Shown: piece after piece, positions 58,328-64,000 of the stretch
Numbering within the stretch: the first letter of the stretch is position 1
How the letters are laid out: each line of letters starts with the position of its first letter
Assembly: GCA_963848445.1 (NCBI GenBank)
Contig: CAWKDT010000005.1
Span: 7,969-71,968, forward strand
Direction of reading: 5' to 3'
DNA length: 64,000 bases
DNA from: Candidatus Dormiibacterota bacterium
GTDB taxonomy: Bacteria > Chloroflexota > Dormibacteria > Aeolococcales > Aeolococcaceae
The notes under the pieces: generated by a model
Seen by the model: the letters and a program-made list of their open reading frames with translations, nothing else
What the model was told of the DNA's origin: nothing
Database searches by the model: none
Translations under genes and position numbers: made by a program

Positions 58328-59616
58328 CGGTCGACGTCCCCGAGGACGATGTCGATCGACCCGATGACCGCCACGACGTCGGCGATCAGCTCGCCGCGCA
58401 CCATGTGCGGCAGCGCGGCGAGGTTGCTGAAGGACGGCGCCCGGACCTTGCAGCGGTACGGGCGGTTGCCCCCGTCGCTCACGAGGTAGAAGCCGAGCTC
58501 ACCGCGAGGCGACTCGACCGCCTGGTACACCTGCCCGGCCGGCACGCGCATCCCCTCGGTGACCAGCTTGAAGTGATGGATCAGCGACTCCATGCTGGTG
58601 TTCAGCTCGTTGCGCGGCGGCAGCGCGACGCGGCGGTCCGCGGTGTTCACGGGACCGTCCGGAAGGTTGTTGAACGCCTGCGTGATGATCTTCAGCGACT
58701 CGCGCATCTCCTGCATCCGCACGAGGTAGCGGTCGTACACGTCGCCGGCGCGGCCGATCGGCACGTCGAAGTCGAAGTGGTCGTACGAGCTGTACGGCTG
58801 CGCCTTGCGGAGGTCGTACGGGACGCCGCTGCCGCGCAGCACCGGCCCCGTTGCGCCGTACGCCATCGCGTCCTCGGGCGTGAGGCGACCCAGCCCGACG
58901 GTGCGCTGCCGCCAGATCGGGTTCTTGGTGATGAGCAGCTCGTGGTCGTCGATCAGCTTGGGGAACGTCTTGATGACCTCCCCCACCATCGCGTAGAACT
59001 CGTCGGGGACGTCGGCGAGCAGGCCGCCCACCCGGATGAAGGACGTGTGCATGCGCACGCCGCTCACCAGCTCGTTGATGTCGAGGAGCTTCTCGCGATC
59101 GCGCCACGCGTAGACGAACGCGGTCGTCGCACCGAGGTCGAGCGCGCTCGTGCCGTACCAGAGCAGATGGCTGGCGAGCCTGCAGAGCTCGCACATGATC
59201 ACGCGCAGGTACTGGCCGCGCAGCGGCACCTCGATGCCGAGCAGCCGCTCAACCGCGAGCGAGAAGCCGAGGTTGTTGAAGAGCGGCGAGAGGTAGTCCA
59301 TCCGGTCCGTGTACGGGATGCACTGCTGATACGTGTGCCGCTCGAAATCCTTCTCGAATCCGGTGTGCAGGTACCCGATGTCGGGACGGCACTCGCGCAC
59401 GACCTCGCCGTCGAGGTTGAGCACCAGGCGCAGCACCCCGTGGGTCGACGGGTGCATCGGCCCCATGTTCAGCTCCATCGTCCCGTCGCCCAGCTCGACG
59501 AGGTCGATGGCGTCGAGCCCCTCCTCCACACCGAGGCGCTCGCGACCCGCCTCGTACTGCTCCGAGAGCGGGTCGAGCCCCGCGGTCGGGGTCCCCAGCG
59601 GCGGCAGCACCGTCAT
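58324..59616 (-). CDS. nuoD: NADH-quinone oxidoreductase subunit D
   Basis: NMGPMHPSTHGVLR, GYLHTGFEK, DRMDY, ESPRGE and DIVLGDVDR. Confidence 0.97.
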   Translation of the reverse strand: MTVLPPLGTPTAGLDPLSEQYEAGRERLGVEEGLDAIDLVELGDGTMELNMGPMHPSTHGVLRLVLNLDGEVVRECRPDIGYLHTGFEKDFERHTYQQCIPYTDRMDYLSPLFNNLGFSLAVERLLGIEVPLRGQYLRVIMCELCRLASHLLWYGTSALDLGATTAFVYAWRDREKLLDINELVSGVRMHTSFIRVGGLLADVPDEFYAMVGEVIKTFPKLIDDHELLITKNPIWRQRTVGLGRLTPEDAMAYGATGPVLRGSGVPYDLRKAQPYSSYDHFDFDVPIGRAGDVYDRYLVRMQEMRESLKIITQAFNNLPDGPVNTADRRVALPPRNELNTSMESLIHHFKLVTEGMRVPAGQVYQAVESPRGELGFYLVSDGGNRPYRCKVRAPSFSNLAALPHMVRGELIADVVAVIGSIDIVLGDVDR

Positions 59617-60179
59617 CGAGCACCCCCGGGCATGTCCCGCGGCCGCTCCTGCGCGGGGAGGGCCCACTCGAGGTTGTGCGTGAACGCGATCGGCTCCCCG
59701 AAGGACGCGTAGTCCTTGCGAAGGGGATGGCCGTCCCAGTCGGTCGGCAGCAGGATGCGCTTCAGGTCGTGGTGCCCTGTGAAGACGATCCCGAGCAGAT
59801 CGAAGCACTCACGCTCGTGCCAGTCCATCCCCGGGAACACGTCCTCGAGGGTGGGGACGTTGGGGTCGTCCTCAGTGACCTGGACGATCAGCCGGCAGGT
59901 GTCGTTGTACTGGAGGGAGCGAAGCATGTAGACGACGTCGAACCGGGGCTCGGCAGGCTCTCGATCCGGCCAGTCGACCGCGGTCGCGAAAACCGGCGTC
60001 GTGTAGCTCGCATCCGGGTGGTCGCGCAGCAGCGTGCACGCCGCCACCAGCGATCCACGGTCGATCCAGACCGTCTCCTCGCCGAATGCGGTCTCCCGGC
60101 GGCGAACCGCGGAGGGAAGCTCCCGCTCGAGGAGGTCCGCTGCTCGCGCCCCGCTCATGGGCGTCCCCACGGCGGCCAT
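59613..60179 (-). CDS. nuoC: NADH-quinone oxidoreductase subunit C
   Basis: WHERECFDLLGI.F.GH and GHPLRKDY. Confidence 0.95.
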   Translation of the reverse strand: MAAVGTPMSGARAADLLERELPSAVRRRETAFGEETVWIDRGSLVAACTLLRDHPDASYTTPVFATAVDWPDREPAEPRFDVVYMLRSLQYNDTCRLIVQVTEDDPNVPTLEDVFPGMDWHERECFDLLGIVFTGHHDLKRILLPTDWDGHPLRKDYASFGEPIAFTHNLEWALPAQERPRDMPGGAR

Positions 60180-60183
60180 CGCG

Positions 60184-60765
60184 TTACCCGAGCAGCGAGC
60201 CGGGGAGTTCCCCGGCGATCTTCTTCTGCAGCTTCATGACGGCGTCCAGGAGCCCCTCCGGCCGGGGCGGGCAGCCGGGGATGTACACGTCGACCGGCAC
60301 CACCTTGTCGACGCCCTGGACGATCGCGTAGTTGTTGAACATGCCGCCGCTCGACGCGCACGCGCCCATGCTGATCACCCACTTGGGCTCGGGCATCTGG
60401 TCGTAGATGTGGCGGAGCACCGGCGCCATCTTCTGGGACACGCGGCCGGCGACGATCATCAGGTCGGACTGACGGGGCGACGCGCGGAACACCTCGCACC
60501 CGAATCGGGACATGTCATAGCGTGCCGCGCCGGTGGCCATCATCTCGATCGCGCAGCACGCGAGTCCGAAGAGCGCGGGCCACAGCGAGCTGTACCGGCC
60601 CCATTGGATGACCTTGCCGATCGTGGTGGTCACGACGCCGCTCTGGACCGCGGTGCGCTCGGCGGCGCCGGTGCGGGGAAGCGCGATCGTGCCTGCATCC
60701 GCGTCCGCCATCAGCAGCCGCCGCATTGCGGCGTCGGTGAGGATTGCGTCGTCGGTCAGTCCCAC
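60184..60765 (-). CDS. nuoB: NADH-quinone oxidoreductase subunit B
   Basis: [20 protein letters not shown] and PGCPPRPE. Confidence 0.97.
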   Translation of the reverse strand: MGLTDDAILTDAAMRRLLMADADAGTIALPRTGAAERTAVQSGVVTTTIGKVIQWGRYSSLWPALFGLACCAIEMMATGAARYDMSRFGCEVFRASPRQSDLMIVAGRVSQKMAPVLRHIYDQMPEPKWVISMGACASSGGMFNNYAIVQGVDKVVPVDVYIPGCPPRPEGLLDAVMKLQKKIAGELPGSLLG

Positions 60766-61112
60766 CGGAGGGCCCCCTTGCGCCAGACGTAGAGCAGCCC
60801 GACGAGCAGCGTCGCGATGAAGATGCCCATCTCCACCACCCCGAAGACCTTGAGCTGCCTCACGATCGTCGCCCACGGGAAGAGAAAGATCGATTCGACG
60901 TCGAAGATGATGAAGAGCATCGCGGTGACGTAGAAGCTCACCGAGAAGCGGCGGCGCGCGCTCTCCCGCGGCACCATCCCGGATTCGTAGGGAAGGTCCT
61001 TGGTCGGCGACGGGCGGCGCGGACCGAGCATCGCATTGAGGAGCTGTGCGAGGACCGCAAACGCCGCGCAGATGCCGAAGAAGAAGAGGATCGGCGCATA
61101 GCCCGACAGCAT
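60756..61112 (-). CDS. nuoA: NADH-quinone oxidoreductase subunit A
   Basis: PYESG, FIIFDVE and WRKGALRW. Confidence 0.96.
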   Translation of the reverse strand: MLSGYAPILFFFGICAAFAVLAQLLNAMLGPRRPSPTKDLPYESGMVPRESARRRFSVSFYVTAMLFIIFDVESIFLFPWATIVRQLKVFGVVEMGIFIATLLVGLLYVWRKGALRWD

Positions 61113-61120
61113 CGCTTCCG

Positions 61121-61129
61121 ATCCTAACA
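61121..61129 (-). promoter_or_regulatory. Extended -10 (TGtTAGGAT) 8 nt upstream of the nuoA ATG; probable leaderless nuo transcript
   Basis: The minus strand reads tgttaggat-cggaagcg-ATG. Confidence 0.5.
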
Positions 61130-61334
61130 AACGGCCCTTCACGGACGAGGCAGGGGGTTCGCAACCCGGCCCCGGGGCCGGCCGCCCGGGTTCGAGGTGG
61201 CGATCGGCCCACACCGCGCAGGTCCGCCATCCCCTGGAAGCGGCCGTGAGCGGCGCGACGGCCGGGCTACGGGCACGCGACACCCACCCTGACGCGCATG
61301 TCCACCAGGGGCGAGTTTAGTAGGCTTCCGCCTC

Positions 61335-64000
61335 GTGACCGTGACCGCCCTCGACAGGGCGCCCCTCCAGGACAATCTCACTGAGGCTGACGCCCGCGCC
61401 CGGGCCGCACTGCTCTCGAACCTCTCGTACGACATCTCGCTGTCCCTCACGGACGACCCTGGGGCGGAGACCTTCCCGAGCGCGACGACTGTGGTCTTCG
61501 ACGCCGCGCACGAGGGGTCCGAGACGTTCATCAACATCGCCGCCCGGACCATCGACGAGTGCACCCTCAACGGCAAGCGCCTCACCGCCGCCCAGCATGG
61601 TTTCGACGGTTCCCGGCTGTGGCTCCGCGGCCTGCGCGCCGGGTCCAACCGGCTTTCGATCACCGCGCAGTGCGAATACCAGCACACGGGTGTCGGGCTG
61701 CACCGCCTGCGCGACCCCGTCGACGGTGAGGTCTACGTCTACACCCACTTCGAACCGTACGACGCCCACAAGGTGCTCGCCTGCTTCGATCAGCCCGACC
61801 TCAAGGCGGGGATCACGATGACGGTGTCGGCGCCGGCGGCCTGGAAGGTCTGCGGCAACGGGAAGGTGGTGCGCACGGAGCACCGCGACGGCGTCAACGT
61901 CTGGCACTTCAAGACGACGCCACCGCTGCCGCCCTACCTCATCGCGGTCGTCGCCGGGAAGTACCACACCGTGGAGAGCCGGCACCGGGACATCCCGATG
62001 GCGCTGTGGTGCCGTGAATCGATGTCCGAATGGGTCGACGCCCAGGCCGACGAGATCTTCGAGATCACCGGCGCCGGGCTGGACTTCTTCGAGAAGTACT
62101 TCGGGCTCACCTACCCGTTCGACGAGTACAACCAGCTCTTCGTTCCCGAATTCAACATGGGCGCGATGGAGAACCCCGGCTGCGTCACCTTCAACGAGGC
62201 GTACATCCACCGGGGCCAGGCGAGTGAGGCGCAGCTGCAGCGCCGGGCGGAGACCATCCTCCACGAGATGGCCCACGTCCACGGCTTCGGGGACGTGACC
62301 ACGATGCGGTGGTGGGGCGATCTCTGGCTCAACGAGACGTTCGCGACGTACATGGCCAACCTCGCGCTCGAGAAGTCAACGCGGTTCACCAACGCGTGGG
62401 TGGACTTCGCCAACAGCGTCAAGTCCATCGCCGCGCGGCAGGACCAGCTCGTGACCACCCACCGCATCGCGGACCACATCCCCGACACGGTGTCGGTCCG
62501 GCAGAACTTCGACGGCATCACGTATCACAAGGGCGCGTCGGTGATGCGCCAGCTCGTGGCATGGGTCGGCGATGACGCGTTCAAGCGGGGCGTGCAGGAC
62601 TACTTCAAGCGCTACCGGTGGGGCAACGCGGACCTCCAGGAGTTCCTCGACTGCCTGCGCCGGGCATCCGGCCGTGACCTCACCCGGTGGGGGCAGGACT
62701 GGTTGCAGACCACCGGGCTGAACACGTTCCGCGCACGCACATCGGTGCAGAACGGCCGGTACACGATGTTCGCGGTGGAGCAGTCGGCGATCCCCCAGCA
62801 CCCGACGCTGCGCGCGCATCGAGCCGCTGTGGGTCTTTACGACCGCGACGCCAGGGGCGTGATCCGGCTGCGCCGGCGGGTCGAGACCGACCTGACGGGC
62901 GAGCTCACCCCGATCGGCGAGCTGAACGGGGAGCGGGTCGCCGACTTCGTCCTGCTCAACGAGGGCGACCTCACCTTCGCCAAGATCCGCTTCGACGAGC
63001 GATCGCTCGAGACCCTCAAGAGCGACCTCTCGAACATCGCCGACCCGCTGTCACGATCGCTGTGCTGGGCGGCGGTGTGGGACCTCACCCGCGACGCCGA
63101 GATGGCCGCTCGTGAGTTCGTCGAGCTCGTGGCCCGTCACGCCCCCGCCGAGCAGGATTCGCTGCTCGTCGAGCGGGTGACCAGCCAGGCTCGCGCGGCG
63201 ATCGACCTCTACGGGGACCCGAGCAATCGCGTCGTGGCGCGCGAACGGCTCCACCACGTCGCACTCGACGAGCTGCACAAGGATGAGGTGAGCCCCGAGC
63301 TCAAGCTGATCTGGTCACGCATCCTCGTCGCCACCGCGGCATCCGAGGAATCGATCGAGCGGGTCCAGGCGCTGCTCGACGGGCGCGAGACCATCCCCGG
63401 CATCAACGTCGACACCGATCTGCGCTGGCTCATCCTCGGTCAGCTCGCCGAGGAAGGCCACGCGAGCGTGGCGCTCATCCAGGCGACCATGGCCGGCGAT
63501 CCCACCGACATCGGGCGGCGCAGAGGCACGGCCTGCTTCGCTGCACGTCCGACCGCCGCCGCCAAGGAGGAGGCCTGGGAGCGGGTCGCGCACCCGACCG
63601 CGCCGATGCCGAAGGCATGGAAGGGCGCGACCGACGGAGAGCTGTCGATCGCCTCGCTGGCCGCCATCCTGCGCGGGTTCAACGTCGGCTCGGTCGGCGT
63701 CGGCGGCATGATGGCCCACGGTCCGGACCCCGAGCTCCTGCGGCCGTTCGTCAACCGGTACTTCGAAGCCCTGCCCGCCGTCTGGGCGGAGCGCACCATC
63801 GATGAGGCCGAGGCCTTCACCGAGTGCCTCTACCCCAACCACCTCGTCGATGACTCGGTGGTCGCGGCGATCGACCTCGCGCTCGAGTCAGGTCAGCTCC
63901 CCGGCCCTGCCGTGCGGATCCTGCGCGAGGGCCGCGACGGCACGCTGCGCGCTCAGCGAAACCGCGAGGTCGACCGGGTCGCCGGGTCGCGGCCCCAGCC
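61335..64000 (+). CDS. pepN: Aminopeptidase N (M1 family), truncated by the window end and therefore absent from the ORF track
   Basis: My translation gives DNLTEADARARA, YTHFEPYDA, FDQPDLK, FVPEFNMGAMENPG, HEMAH...WLNETFA and NFDGITYHKGAS. The motifs checked and the last codons share one frame, and no stop is seen before 64000. Confidence 0.93.
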   Translation, partial: MTVTALDRAPLQDNLTEADARARAALLSNLSYDISLSLTDDPGAETFPSATTVVFDAAHEGSETFINIAARTIDECTLNGKRLTAAQHGFDGSRLWLRGLRAGSNRLSITAQCEYQHTGVGLHRLRDPVDGEVYVYTHFEPYDAHKVLACFDQPDLKAGITMTVSAPAAWKVCGNGKVVRTEHRDGVNVWHFKTTPPLPPYLIAVVAGKYHTVESRHRDIPMALWCRESMSEWVDAQADEIFEITGAGLDFFEKYFGLTYPFDEYNQLFVPEFNMGAMENPGCVTFNEAYIHRGQASEAQLQRRAETILHEMAHVHGFGDVTTMRWWGDLWLNETFATYMANLALEKSTRFTNAWVDFANSVKSIAARQDQLVTTHRIADHIPDTVSVRQNFDGITYHKGASVMRQLVAWVGDDAFKRGVQDYFKRYRWGNADLQEFLDCLRRASGRDLTRWGQDWLQTTGLNTFRARTSVQNGRYTMFAVEQSAIPQHPTLRAHRAAVGLYDRDARGVIRLRRRVETDLTGELTPIGELNGERVADFVLLNEGDLTFAKIRFDERSLETLKSDLSNIADPLSRSLCWAAVWDLTRDAEMAAREFVELVARHAPAEQDSLLVERVTSQARAAIDLYGDPSNRVVARERLHHVALDELHKDEVSPELKLIWSRILVATAASEESIERVQALLDGRETIPGINVDTDLRWLILGQLAEEGHASVALIQATMAGDPTDIGRRRGTACFAARPTAAAKEEAWERVAHPTAPMPKAWKGATDGELSIASLAAILRGFNVGSVGVGGMMAHGPDPELLRPFVNRYFEALPAVWAERTIDEAEAFTECLYPNHLVDDSVVAAIDLALESGQLPGPAVRILREGRDGTLRAQRNREVDRVAGSRPQ

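Overview
High-GC bacterial chromosomal window made up mostly of core metabolism genes. The likely source is a soil Terrabacteria lineage such as Ca. Dormiibacterota, Actinomycetota or Chloroflexota; this is inferred from the type-F SDH, the Actinobacteria-like PepN and Rv0525-like genes, and many apparently leaderless genes. In order, the window holds: a liv-type ABC importer with an FAH-family hydrolase and TauE; N5-carboxyethyl-ornithine synthase; a lipoprotein; an ABC exporter; a frameshifted phytoene-desaturase-like oxidoreductase; an ABM protein; tadA; an unusual translationally coupled module (helical hypothetical protein, stand-alone CBS protein, and a CBS-fused GltD/DsrL-like Fe-S flavoprotein); nth; a ~200-nt structured intergenic element; mdh; a type-F (Sdh1-like) succinate dehydrogenase operon with an extra small membrane ORF; gltBD; GDPD; an AidB-like acyl-CoA dehydrogenase; a two-gene orphan islet bounded by an 11-bp inverted repeat; two methyltransferases; asnA; a MocR/AhpD pair; tRNA-His and tRNA-Arg; an ABC-2 exporter; a GGDEF-EAL protein; a histidine phosphatase; a complete nuoA-N operon extended by a miniature GlcE-like flavoprotein and resB; and pepN, which runs off the window end. 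I saw no integrase, transposase, prophage, rRNA or CRISPR array. The best candidate for an undescribed system is the CBS-gated Fe-S flavoprotein module at 12.9-16.3 kb. All calls come from reading motifs by eye; no database searches were run.
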